Shown one piece after another: positions 1 through 8,747 of a stretch of 21,503 nucleotides of DNA (the first letter of the stretch is position 1; every line of letters begins with the position of its first letter). A program made the translations under genes and the position numbers. The notes beneath the pieces are model-generated. The model was not told the origin of the DNA. It was given only the letters and a program-made list of their open reading frames with translations, and made no database searches. Origin of the DNA: Bdellovibrionota bacterium FG-2 (GTDB lineage Bacteria > Bdellovibrionota > UBA1018); assembly GCA_051382305.1 (NCBI GenBank), contig JBBCAV010000360.1, positions 1 to 21,503 on the forward strand, given 5' to 3'.

Positions 1-83
1 CTTGGGTTGAGCACAACGGCATCAGATTAGCTCGTCACAAGGACGATATCGCGCGCTCAACAACGCTTCACGAGTGGATTTAG
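1..83 (+). CDS. Possible 3' end of an upstream gene (partial; ...WVEHNGIRLARHKDDIARSTTLHEWI*)
   Basis: The frame starting at position 3 is open to TAG at 81-83 and is followed by an AT-rich intergenic stretch. Too short to assign a product. Confidence 0.35.
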   Translation, partial: WVEHNGIRLARHKDDIARSTTLHEWI

Positions 84-175
84 AAAAATATTTCGTACAA
101 TCATTTCTGCACAAAAAGTGTGTCAACATAATTTTTCAAGTTTTAAAAAAAATGGCTGACCAGTTACGATTTTTT

Positions 176-192
176 TTGGCAGCCCTTGTGCA
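176..192 (+). promoter_or_regulatory. Weak candidate sigma-54 (-24/-12) promoter for the M48 gene
   Basis: TTGGCAGCCCTTGTGCA has GG(178-179)-N10-GC(190-191). The predicted TSS (~203) lies just before the SD AGGAG at 205-209. The match to TGGCAC-N5-TTGC is imperfect. Confidence 0.35.
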
Positions 193-218
193 AGATTGGA
201 TCGCAGGAGCGCCTTGAT

Positions 219-1013
219 ATGATGAATTCCCAAGCCGTGTTACTGCTCAGTATTTTTGTTTTCCTCGGCCCTGCTTGTGCGACCTCGCCCTTGGGGCGAC
301 AGCAGCTCGTTTTTGTGCCGGACGCCGAGATGAATACCATGGGTGCGCAGGCGTTCACGCAAATGAAAACGAGTGCGCCGATTGATTCCACAGCAGCCAC
401 CAATCGATATGTTAATTGTGTCGCGATGGCCATTGTCAAGGAATCGCAATCTCAGCTTTCAACGCCTTCTTGGGAGGTCGTCGTATTCGAGGACAAAAAC
501 GCCAATGCCTTTGCGCTTCCTGGCGGGAAAATTGGGGTCCATACCGGCATTTTTAAAGTGGCGCAGAGCCCAGATCAATTGGCCGTCGTTTTGGCCCATG
601 AAGTCGGTCACGTGATCGCTCGCCATGGTGCAGAGCGGGTTTCTGAAACGCTTGCGGTGCAAGGCGGATTAAGTGCGCTGGGGATGGTGACCAAGGATAA
701 AGATCTTCTGCTCGGACTTCTTGGGGTGGGAGCGCAGTATGGAATCTTATTGCCTCATAGTCGAACGCAGGAGAGCGAAGCTGACCTCATCGGGCTGGAC
801 CTAATGGCGCGCGCGGGATTTGATCCAAGGGCGAGCATCACGCTTTGGCAAAACATGGATAAAGAAGCGGGAGGGAAAAGTCCTCCCGAGTTTCTCTCCA
901 CGCATCCCTCGAGTCCGAGCCGCATTGAGAACATGCAGGCCCATATGGGGCAGGCTGTGCCCAAATTTGAACAAGCACGCGCTGAGGGAAAACAGACTTC
1001 TTGTCACGCCTAG
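219..1013 (+). CDS. M48-family Zn metallopeptidase (Oma1/YfgC/LoiP-like), probable lipoprotein
   Basis: Motifs: NAFALPGG, HEXXH (LAHEVGHV), SRTQESEADLIG, and FLSTHP. The hydrophobic N-terminus ends in the lipobox-like LGPAC. SD AGGAG at 205-209 supports ATG 219 or 222 rather than TTG 186. Confidence 0.93.
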   Translation: MMNSQAVLLLSIFVFLGPACATSPLGRQQLVFVPDAEMNTMGAQAFTQMKTSAPIDSTAATNRYVNCVAMAIVKESQSQLSTPSWEVVVFEDKNANAFALPGGKIGVHTGIFKVAQSPDQLAVVLAHEVGHVIARHGAERVSETLAVQGGLSALGMVTKDKDLLLGLLGVGAQYGILLPHSRTQESEADLIGLDLMARAGFDPRASITLWQNMDKEAGGKSPPEFLSTHPSSPSRIENMQAHMGQAVPKFEQARAEGKQTSCHA

Positions 1014-1019
1014 GTCCGC

Positions 1020-1403
1020 CTAAATTCTAACGATCTGAGGAATCTGCGCGAAATGCGCATCTCGTGAAAAGAGGACGAGATCGTATTGCAATGTCATCGC
1101 GGCAATCCAAATGTCGTGTGTGGGAATTGGGGTGCCCTGATTTTTTAGATGTGCATACACCCTGGCATAGTGATGGGTGGTTTGCTCGTCTGGATAGATG
1201 ACCTTTACACGAGGAGTGTTCAAGAACTCAGTGAGTTTGGCCTCGTTCTTTTTGCCTTTTGTGCCCAAAGCAAATCCCGAGCGGAGTTCGGCAATGACGA
1301 CAAAAGGCAGATAAATCTCGTCTGCGGACTGCAAGACTTCAATGGCTTTGGGTTCGGCTCTGGCCGCATCCGTATAGGTATTGGTGTCGAGTGCGATTTT
1401 CAT
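1020..1403 (-). CDS. vapC: PIN-domain toxin (VapC family)
   Basis: 127 aa with the PIN acidic residues LDTN, IAEL, HDIWIAA and SRDAHF. ATG at 1403 overlaps the antitoxin stop codon (ATGA). Confidence 0.92.
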   Translation of the reverse strand: MKIALDTNTYTDAARAEPKAIEVLQSADEIYLPFVVIAELRSGFALGTKGKKNEAKLTEFLNTPRVKVIYPDEQTTHHYARVYAHLKNQGTPIPTHDIWIAAMTLQYDLVLFSRDAHFAQIPQIVRI

Positions 1404-1660
1404 TTCCAAAGACCCTTGTCAATTTTTCTTTGCTCAACGAGGGCCGTTTCGATGGCGTCGTCATGCACCCAAGAACCAAAGAAATGATCAAGATCACGGT
1501 ACTTCTTAACTTCTTCTGCGACGCCGGCCCCTTGCGCCAGGGCTTCAAGCGCTACCTCGTTAAGACTCTTTTGAGTGCGGGTCGCTTTTTGGCGCAAGGC
1601 CCGGTCAAGAAGGGGGGGGACGTTTCTAATCGTATATTGAAATTTGTGCCTGCTCGTCAT
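1400..1660 (-). CDS. Antitoxin, FitA/VapB-like ribbon-helix-helix protein
   Basis: 86 aa. QYTIRNVPPLLDRALRQKA...SLNEVALEAL has an RHH beta-helix-helix pattern. It lies directly upstream of the PIN gene with an ATGA overlap. Confidence 0.85.
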   Translation of the reverse strand: MTSRHKFQYTIRNVPPLLDRALRQKATRTQKSLNEVALEALAQGAGVAEEVKKYRDLDHFFGSWVHDDAIETALVEQRKIDKGLWK

Positions 1661-1696
1661 GCAGCTATTGTAGGCATCAAGTGAAGGCACGGTCAA
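1661..1696 (-). promoter_or_regulatory. Sigma-70 promoter of the VapBC pair, probably giving a leaderless mRNA
   Basis: The minus strand reads TTGACC-N18-TACAAT-N6-ATG(1660) with no SD. The -35 overlaps the AsmA stop codon. Confidence 0.65.
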
Positions 1697-3570
1697 GGAA
1701 AAAGGCCTTTTAACCTCTTTTCAAGATCGGAGCCGAGTGCCGGCGGCAATTTTGCCGTTAGTTTGTCTTGGACTTTTCTTTCGAGCCCTTTTTGTGCTTT
1801 TACTCTGATATTGGCGATGGCGACTTCAGCGAGTTTTTTCGTCACCTCGTCGTATGAATAGCAGGGTTTCTTTAGAGTGCACCCAATTTGAATAGGTAAG
1901 GTTACAGGCTTTTCGCCTTCCGTAAGAAGATGCTCAACCGAAATTCCCGCAACGTTGATTCCTACATTTTTTAACCGAGCTAGATCGTGCGTGTCGATGA
2001 GTTCCATTCGTCCCGCTACTTGCTGGTTGGCGAGCGTGATATCGACGCTGCCTCGCAGATCGATTCCTTGGCCCGCATCACTTTGTGCGACAAAATCAGG
2101 CGCCTTGAGGTGCCCTGCATTGATTGTAAACTGAGATGAAATTTCTTTATAGCGGGCATGTGATTTTGACCCAAGCTCTGCACCTAATCTACTGGAGGCG
2201 CCCACTTTTTCTCTCAGCTGGGGAAACTGCTGGAGGATTGGGGCCAGGCCTTTTCCTAACGCTTCGCCAGAAACTTGGGGGATGTTGAGCGTTGTAAAAA
2301 CCGCGTTACTGATTTTGAATTTCCCCGCGCCCTGGAGGTGTGCCAGAGCTTCGTCGACTGAGAAGCCGCTCCCAGTTGCGTTTAAGTCCACATCGGCACG
2401 CCCTTCAATCGTTTCAGACAGGTTCTTGAAATCAATTCCATTCAAAGTCATCGAAAAGCGATAGGGAGCTGTTCCTTGAAAGGTCCCGCCAAAAGTCCCG
2501 CGAAAGTCCCCGCCAAAAACCTTTCCTTCGGCTGAACCCGCTAGGCTTAGGTTTTCGGACACGCCTTGTGCCGAGCCTTTCACGCGCGCAACGCCACTAA
2601 GGTCATATCCTGGAGGCTTCTGGAGAATCTCAATCCAAGGTTTAAGGTCAAACTCCTGTGACTCGACGTTGAAGGCAATCCTTGAGTCACTTCGAGCAAA
2701 CCGCCCGGTCCCCGAGAGCGTCGCGTTCACCAGTTTGGCCTTGAGCTGTTCAAGACGAAACGCGGTGTCAGATCCAATCACGACGCATTCTGCATTTGCC
2801 AAAATACCAGGCTTCTTGGCGAACAAGCCGGGCGCGAGAAATGAGAGTTCATTGAGGTTGAGTTTTACCGCTAGTTTGAATCTCGGGCCATGGCTTGCTG
2901 TGAGTTCAGTGTTCATCAAGAAATTGGCTCGGGCTGGCCCCTGAATAATCCAGCCTGAAGCGGTCTTGGTATCGAGATTCCCCCAAAGCTCCCCGGAAAC
3001 CGGACGGAGCAAGGAGAGATCTTTCACGGCCAGATTCAAGTCTGAAAACTGGGATTCTCCTTGGGTTGCGAGATCTTTGTAAGTAAGTCGTGCGTGATTC
3101 ACTTCGAGGTTTAGGCCGGCTGCCGCAACAAGTTTCGAGAAGATTCCACTTTTCTGGGGAATAGCCGTTGGGCTCTTTGTGGGCGGCCCAGAGACACCGA
3201 AGACTTCCAGAAGATTCATTTTGCCCGATTTCGTTTTAACCGCTCGCACTTCAGCGCCTTGGAGTCTAATCTGCATAACGGGCGCCCTTTTGATAATCGA
3301 CATCAAAGGGAGGTCGAAAAACGCATCTTTGACAGAAACCACGGGGTTTCCCTCAAGGTCATTGATATGGAGCTCCGCGGCGTTCACTCGCACGTGGCCC
3401 CACAAAGAGAGCGAGAGTTTGCCGATTTCAATTTTTCCGTTAATTGATCGATTGAGGGCCGTCGCAATATCACCGCGGTAGGAATCGACGTTTACCAAAT
3501 AGGGCGCGAGGAAAAGGATGCCTGAGATGAGCGCTACGAAAACGAGGGAAATGACGCCGAGCTTTTTCAT
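1693..3570 (-). CDS. AsmA-family protein (inner-membrane-anchored beta-groove lipid-bridge-like)
   Basis: 625 aa. A single N-terminal TM is followed by ...PYLVNVDSYRGDIATALNRSINGKIEIGKLSLSLW, typical of the AsmA N-terminus. The body is beta-rich and there is an AsmA-like C-terminal region (LQGAGKFKISNA, LRGSVDI, LPIQIGCTL). Confidence 0.8.
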   Translation of the reverse strand: MKKLGVISLVFVALISGILFLAPYLVNVDSYRGDIATALNRSINGKIEIGKLSLSLWGHVRVNAAELHINDLEGNPVVSVKDAFFDLPLMSIIKRAPVMQIRLQGAEVRAVKTKSGKMNLLEVFGVSGPPTKSPTAIPQKSGIFSKLVAAAGLNLEVNHARLTYKDLATQGESQFSDLNLAVKDLSLLRPVSGELWGNLDTKTASGWIIQGPARANFLMNTELTASHGPRFKLAVKLNLNELSFLAPGLFAKKPGILANAECVVIGSDTAFRLEQLKAKLVNATLSGTGRFARSDSRIAFNVESQEFDLKPWIEILQKPPGYDLSGVARVKGSAQGVSENLSLAGSAEGKVFGGDFRGTFGGTFQGTAPYRFSMTLNGIDFKNLSETIEGRADVDLNATGSGFSVDEALAHLQGAGKFKISNAVFTTLNIPQVSGEALGKGLAPILQQFPQLREKVGASSRLGAELGSKSHARYKEISSQFTINAGHLKAPDFVAQSDAGQGIDLRGSVDITLANQQVAGRMELIDTHDLARLKNVGINVAGISVEHLLTEGEKPVTLPIQIGCTLKKPCYSYDEVTKKLAEVAIANIRVKAQKGLERKVQDKLTAKLPPALGSDLEKRLKGLFP

Positions 3571-3635
3571 TTGGCTTATTTTTATGCATGAAACGGTCCC
3601 CTTCTTAGGCTAGGCATAGCAATGGAAAAGAGTTT

Positions 3636-6176
3636 ATGAAAAAGAGTTTGCGAGAGCTTCCAATTGATGACGTTCTTTCCCAGGTTCTCGAAATCCTTGA
3701 GCAGGGCAGCTGTCTCGTTCTGCAGGCTGCTCCCGGCGCGGGTAAGACCACGCGCGTTCCTGCGGCGCTGCTTGAGGCTCGTTTCAGGCGTCCTCATGGT
3801 GAAATTCTCGTTCTAGAACCCCGCAGACTCGCGGCTAAGATGGCGGCGCGTCGGGTGGCCGAAGAATGTGGCGAGTCCGTGGGTGAGACGATTGGATATC
3901 AGTTTCGATTTGCAAATGTAACGAGTCCCAAGACGTGCGTTAGGTTTCTCACGGAAGGAATGCTGATGCGCAGGCTCCTCTCTGATCCTCTGCTGCGCAA
4001 TGTGGATGCGGTGATTCTTGATGAGTTTCACGAGAGGCATTTGCATTCAGATGTGGCACTCGCTTTTTTGCGCAGGCTTCAATTGAGTGCACGACCCGAA
4101 CTTCGCTTGTGCGTGATGTCTGCCACGTTAGATGCTGCTTCGGTTGCGCGCTACTTGGGAAATTGTCCCGTTTTGAATGTCCAGGGGCGCGAGTTTCCGG
4201 TGTCAGTGGAATATTTGCCCAAGCCTTCGACGCGTCCTTTGGAGCTGCTCATTAAGGATGCGGTGGGAAGCGCGGTGGGGGCGGGGGACGTACTGGTTTT
4301 CCTCTCCGGAATGGCCGATATCCGGCGTGCCCAAGACGTGTTGAGGGCGAGTTACCCCGAGCTCATCGTGGTTGCTTTACATGGGGAGTTGAGACGCGAG
4401 GAGCAAGACCTTGCGCTTCGCCAAGCGAATCGGCAGAAGGTGATTCTTTCAACGAATGTCGCTGAAACCTCTCTGACGATTGAGGGTATCGCAACGGTCG
4501 TAGATAGTGGGCTCGCGAAAATTGCAAGCTACTCGTGGTGGTCGGGTCTCCCCGCTCTTCGGACACGCTCCATTAGCCGCGCTTCGGCGATTCAGCGGGC
4601 CGGTCGCGCAGGGAGGACGGCACCGGGTCGATGTCTGAGACTCTATACGAAGGGTGATTTTGAGGGGCGGGCGATGTTTGACATCCCCGAAATCGCGCGC
4701 GCCGATCTTTCGCAGACTCTTTTGGAACTCAAGAGTTTAGGGGTACAAAATTTGGCCGAATTTGCCTGGTTCGAGCGCCCGCCTGAGAATGCGCTCCAGT
4801 CAGCTCAGGGGCTTTTGTATCGTTTAGGCGCTGTGGTAGGGGCTGGGGTTGCGGAATCAGGAGAAATTACTCCTCTTGGAAAACGCATCGTTCATATGCC
4901 CATTCATCCTCGATTAGCGAGACTGGTTTGTGAAGCGGACAAAAGGGGGTGTCTGCGCGAGGGCGCAACCCTTGCGGCGCTTCTTTCGGAGGATCGTATT
5001 TCCGATCGGAATGCCGACCGTTATGAAAGTGTCGATGTGCTTGAGCAGCTTAGGCGTTATCGGCCACAGCGTTTGGGAGACCGGTTTTGGGATGACGCCG
5101 TCGCGCGAGTTCGGGATCGGCTGATGGAGGGGAGAGGTGCGGCGCCATCCACTTCAACGAAGATAGACAACGACTTAGCTTTTGCGGTTCTTTGCGGTTT
5201 CCCTGACCGCGTGGCCCGCAAGCGCACGCTGGGCAATCATGTTACTCGCGGGTCAACGGGCCGTGGAGATCCTAAAGTTGAGCTTGTTTTTTCAAGCGGT
5301 GGCTCTGCCCTTTTAGACGATTCGGCGTTAGCTGCTTCAGCAGAGTATTTCGTCGCAACGGACGTTGAAGAGCGAAAGGCGCAGGGGCAGGTTCGCGCCA
5401 AAACCGTCGTGCGCTCGGTTGTTTCGATTGAGCCGGAGTGGCTTTTTGATCTCGAACCCGAAGGCATTAGCGAGTCCGAGGATCTGGAGTGGGATCCGGC
5501 GCGCGAGCGCATGCAAGCGCTTTCGCGAATCAATTATGGGCAACTGGTCCTAAGTGAGAAACGAGAAGATCCTCGCGATCTTGAGGCTGCGGCTTTGCTC
5601 TTGTCTGCAAAAATACTCGAAGGGGGCATCGACAAGATTTGTGATCATGATGCCTTGTCGGCCTTGGCCTCGCTTAGGGCGCGAGTGGGTTTCTTGCGCG
5701 AGGGGGGCCGGGGCGACGGGCTCGCTTGGCCGGAATGGAATGACGAAGGTCTTCGTGAAACTCTGGTTACTTTTTGCGAGGGGCGATTTAGTTTTGCGGA
5801 ACTTCGCGCCTCGGATTTGCCGGGATTTCTTCTTTCGCAGCTTTCTTCTGAGCAAATGCGAAAACTCGAGACTCATGCTCCGGCTCAGGTTCCCTTGCTT
5901 CGGGGGCGGAGGGTGAAGGTGCACTACGAAAACGGTAAGCCGCCTTGGATAGAGAGCAGGCTGCAGGACTTTTTTGGAATGTCCCAGGGGCCGAGTGTCT
6001 TGGGGGGACGAATTCCATTGACGCTTCATTTGTTGGCCCCCAATCAGCGCGCCGTTCAAGTGACGGCAGATCTTGCGGGTTTTTGGGAGCGGGTTTATCC
6101 CACGCTGAGGAGAGAATTGGGGCGTAGGTATCCGCGGCATGCATGGCCCGAGAATCCTCGGGATTTATTTCGCTAA
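3636..6176 (+). CDS. hrpB: ATP-dependent DEAH-box RNA helicase HrpB
   Basis: Helicase motifs: APGAGKTT (I), EPRRLAA (Ia), TEGML, DEFHER (II), MSATL (III), STNVAETSLTI (V) and QRAGRAGR (VI). HrpB C-terminal signatures LQDFFG, LLAPNQR and RYPRHAWP are present. Confidence 0.96.
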   Translation: MKKSLRELPIDDVLSQVLEILEQGSCLVLQAAPGAGKTTRVPAALLEARFRRPHGEILVLEPRRLAAKMAARRVAEECGESVGETIGYQFRFANVTSPKTCVRFLTEGMLMRRLLSDPLLRNVDAVILDEFHERHLHSDVALAFLRRLQLSARPELRLCVMSATLDAASVARYLGNCPVLNVQGREFPVSVEYLPKPSTRPLELLIKDAVGSAVGAGDVLVFLSGMADIRRAQDVLRASYPELIVVALHGELRREEQDLALRQANRQKVILSTNVAETSLTIEGIATVVDSGLAKIASYSWWSGLPALRTRSISRASAIQRAGRAGRTAPGRCLRLYTKGDFEGRAMFDIPEIARADLSQTLLELKSLGVQNLAEFAWFERPPENALQSAQGLLYRLGAVVGAGVAESGEITPLGKRIVHMPIHPRLARLVCEADKRGCLREGATLAALLSEDRISDRNADRYESVDVLEQLRRYRPQRLGDRFWDDAVARVRDRLMEGRGAAPSTSTKIDNDLAFAVLCGFPDRVARKRTLGNHVTRGSTGRGDPKVELVFSSGGSALLDDSALAASAEYFVATDVEERKAQGQVRAKTVVRSVVSIEPEWLFDLEPEGISESEDLEWDPARERMQALSRINYGQLVLSEKREDPRDLEAAALLLSAKILEGGIDKICDHDALSALASLRARVGFLREGGRGDGLAWPEWNDEGLRETLVTFCEGRFSFAELRASDLPGFLLSQLSSEQMRKLETHAPAQVPLLRGRRVKVHYENGKPPWIESRLQDFFGMSQGPSVLGGRIPLTLHLLAPNQRAVQVTADLAGFWERVYPTLRRELGRRYPRHAWPENPRDLFR

Positions 6177-7265
6177 CGTCTCAAAATAAATCAATAGCTC
6201 CGCCCTCGTCCCCCGAAACACAACCCGCTCTCGGCTTTTTTCCAGATGCCATAAATAAAACGAGTCATAGTACTCGCGCAATAAAAACTCGATCCAAGCG
6301 CGATGTCGCTCCCAATCGCCATTGTCCCGCGTTTGATCAAAGGCATCACCCACGAGTTCCGTGAGTTGCCGGGCTCGGAGGCCGCCCAAACCCTTGGAAA
6401 TCAGCTGCACATTATGAAGATGAAAGGCTCGAAGTTCCTCAAGAGCTACGTCTTCATAGCCTTTTCGCTTGACCCGCTCGCGGTAAGGCTCTTGAAGATA
6501 CTCTTCCAAAATAAGAGTGGTTCGTGATTCGAGAGATTCTTCAATGACATACAGAGGCGCCACGCGAAGTGGAAGATAAACTGAGTCGACTTGTACGCGT
6601 TTCCCAATCATCCGGGACTCATCTTCGAGAATGATCGGCAAACTTTCGCGTCCTCGCCACCGTATGAATTGCAAGGCCAACGCGTTTTCAAAATTGATTT
6701 GGGAGGGTTGGGGATCGAGCTCGCGGCCAAAGGCTGAACCTTTGTGATTGGCAAGAGCCTCAAGATCAAGAATGTTCTTTGAATGCGCACTCGAAGTAGC
6801 AGCTGCGAGCTGCCGCAGTAGCCGTGTCTTTCCGCACCCCGTGGTCCCCGTGACGACCAGGAAACGAAAACGCGCAGGCTCGGCGTTTAGGATATTGATT
6901 AAATCCTGACGTAGTTTCTTATATCCGCCGCTCACGCGGGGTACGTGCACCCCGGCCTCAGCAAGCCAAGCTTGGGCGGTTTTTGAGCGCAAGCCTCCGC
7001 GAAAACAATAGAGCAGCGCACGAGGATTTTCTTCTAAGAACTTCTTCCATCCCGCAATACGTTGTGCTCGTGTCTCTCCTGAGACGAGTTGCATCCCAAG
7101 CGCGATGGCCGCGTCTTGCCCATTTTGTTTGTAGCAGATTCCGATTTGATGTCGTTCTTCGTCGTTTAAGATCGGAAGATTGACGGCGCCGGGGATCGAG
7201 CCTTCAGCAAACTCTACGGGAGCTCGCACATCCAAGAAGGGCAGTCCTTTTTCAATGGAGACCAT
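6165..7265 (-). CDS. mnmH: tRNA 2-selenouridine synthase MnmH/SelU
   Basis: Rhodanese domain (LDVRAPVEF, ERHQIGICYK, YCFRGGLRS, GGYK) plus a P-loop (GTTGCGKT), DLEALANHKGSAFG, QPSQINFEN and EDESRMIG. It lies directly downstream of selD. The start is uncertain (ATG 7265 or TTG 7298). Confidence 0.95.
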   Translation of the reverse strand: MVSIEKGLPFLDVRAPVEFAEGSIPGAVNLPILNDEERHQIGICYKQNGQDAAIALGMQLVSGETRAQRIAGWKKFLEENPRALLYCFRGGLRSKTAQAWLAEAGVHVPRVSGGYKKLRQDLINILNAEPARFRFLVVTGTTGCGKTRLLRQLAAATSSAHSKNILDLEALANHKGSAFGRELDPQPSQINFENALALQFIRWRGRESLPIILEDESRMIGKRVQVDSVYLPLRVAPLYVIEESLESRTTLILEEYLQEPYRERVKRKGYEDVALEELRAFHLHNVQLISKGLGGLRARQLTELVGDAFDQTRDNGDWERHRAWIEFLLREYYDSFYLWHLEKSRERVVFRGTRAELLIYFETLAK

Positions 7266-7284
7266 CGCATTTTCAGATTCAGAT

Positions 7285-8337
7285 TCAGTTAATGACAAGC
7301 TTGCCTGCTTCCTCGCCTGTATTCGCCGCGCTGACGTTTCCAATGATCGCAACGCCCGGAAAATGGGGGGCGAGCGCACTTACAATTGCAGTGGCTTGCT
7401 CAGGGGCGACTGAGAGTAAAAGGCCCCCGCTAGTTTGGGGGTCATGAAGAATAAGTGTTTGCCCATTATTGAGGCCCTTTTTATCAAGAATCCCATTAGC
7501 AGTGTATTCGGCATTCGTCTTGTGTGCTTTGGTCAAAAATTCTTCCTGAAGCATTTGGGGGGCTTTTTCAAAAATGGGGAGATGATCGTAGCAAATTTCA
7601 AAGCATTGTTGGCTTGCTTTGGCCATTTGCCACGCATGCCCCGAAAGTCCAAAACCCGTTATATCGGTTGCGGCGTGAATACCTAAGTTTTGCTCTTCAG
7701 ACAAGAAATCCAAGATGTTGTTGAGTCGCCCCATGGAGGCATGGACGTCTTTGAGGTCGGCTTCGGTCAATCCCCCGAACTTCAGGGCCGCATTCAGCGT
7801 GCCGGTTCCCAGGGGTTTGGTGAGGATGAGGGTGTCGCCAGGTTGAGCGGCTTGATTCGTCCAAACGCGCTTCGGATGAACGAAGCCAGTGACACTCAAA
7901 CCAAATTTCAGGGAGTCATCATCAATGGAGTGCCCGCCCACCAAACAGGTTTTGGCTTCTTTTAAGAGATCGCAGGCGCCTTGCAAAACTTCGGTGATTA
8001 CTGAAGAGTCCATTGCCATTAGGGGGAACGCGAGAATCGCCATCGCCGTTTTCGGGGTTCCTCCCATGGCATAGACATCACTCAAAGCATTGCACGCGGA
8101 GACTCGACCAAAGGTTCGCGGATCATCGACGATCGGGGTGAAAAAATCCAAAGTCTGTACCATCGCTTGGGTTTCGCTCACTTTGTAAATGGCGGCATCG
8201 TCAAAGTGACGGCCATCAACGATCAGTTCCGGATGAGCGGGGGGGAAATTTAGCGTGCCCAAAATTTTTCGCAGTTCGCTGGCCGAAACTTTAGCGGCGC
8301 AGCCCCCTTTTTTTACCGTTTGCGTGAGTCGAATCAT
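7285..8337 (-). CDS. selD: Selenide, water dikinase (selenophosphate synthetase), Cys form
   Basis: Motifs: RLTQ..KGGCAAK, DDAAIY, QTLDFFTPIVDDP, NALSDVYAMGG, GGHSIDD, LTKPLGTG, TDITGFGL and DPQTSGGLL. The catalytic residue is encoded by TGC. Confidence 0.97.
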   Translation of the reverse strand: MIRLTQTVKKGGCAAKVSASELRKILGTLNFPPAHPELIVDGRHFDDAAIYKVSETQAMVQTLDFFTPIVDDPRTFGRVSACNALSDVYAMGGTPKTAMAILAFPLMAMDSSVITEVLQGACDLLKEAKTCLVGGHSIDDDSLKFGLSVTGFVHPKRVWTNQAAQPGDTLILTKPLGTGTLNAALKFGGLTEADLKDVHASMGRLNNILDFLSEEQNLGIHAATDITGFGLSGHAWQMAKASQQCFEICYDHLPIFEKAPQMLQEEFLTKAHKTNAEYTANGILDKKGLNNGQTLILHDPQTSGGLLLSVAPEQATAIVSALAPHFPGVAIIGNVSAANTGEEAGKLVIN

Positions 8338-8376
8338 GGGGTAGAGATACCCCTTGCGCACGGCTTTGGGAAGGGC

Positions 8377-8703
8377 TCAGGGGCGCCAATTCGTATTCAT
8401 TCTTCGGTTGAGCGCGTTCAGAAGTCTTTCCAAAAGCGAAGCTGTCGGCTCCGTTGCTGAAGCAGGCTTTTCACCGGGCGCTCTAAAAGTCGCGCCTTTT
8501 GCAGCGCTGGCAGGTTCCTTCGAGCGCTCGCTTTGCTCAAAGAAGAACTCATCCTCGGCGCTCGGTCTTTGGCGTGCGAACATTACTGGAGTCAGGGGCA
8601 CATGCTCGGCATCTTTTGGCTCTTCCGGAGGCGCTTCCGTGGCACTTTCTGGCGGGTGTTGCCGGTCGATGTAGAGATGCTGTCTCTTCTGCGCGGTTGC
8701 CAT
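8377..8703 (-). CDS. Hypothetical, low-complexity (P/E/A-rich) protein with a C-terminal amphipathic helix
   Basis: This ORF fills the gap between pduO and selD on the same strand. The start is ATG 8703 or GTG 8757. No recognisable motif. Confidence 0.55.
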   Translation of the reverse strand: MATAQKRQHLYIDRQHPPESATEAPPEEPKDAEHVPLTPVMFARQRPSAEDEFFFEQSERSKEPASAAKGATFRAPGEKPASATEPTASLLERLLNALNRRMNTNWRP

Positions 8704-8747
8704 GCGCTTAGGTGGTGCAAGGTGCGTGCTGGGCCTTTTCGAGTGGC

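Noticed and set aside
145..185. Hairpin(s) in the AT-rich region before the M48 gene as a terminator or riboswitch
   Set aside because: The stems are weak or interrupted and match no riboswitch consensus I recognise.
5550..6144. Long antisense and alternate-frame ORFs inside hrpB, and similar ones inside glpX, lnt, the S8 gene and the Hsp20 gene
   Set aside because: They are fully nested in well-supported genes and have no motifs or SDs, as expected of shadow ORFs.
6222..6230. AACCCGCTC, matching the tRNA-Gly 3' end, as a possible att site
   Set aside because: Only 9 bp, inside mnmH and upstream of the tRNA; this is chance-level, and no integrase is present.
7272..7288. TTCAGA x~3 microrepeat at the selD-mnmH junction
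   Set aside because: Too short to indicate phase variation; a 6-bp unit would not shift frame.
8296..8304. Possible selenocysteine (UGA) in SelD with a SECIS element
   Set aside because: The catalytic codon is TGC (Cys) and there is no in-frame TGA.
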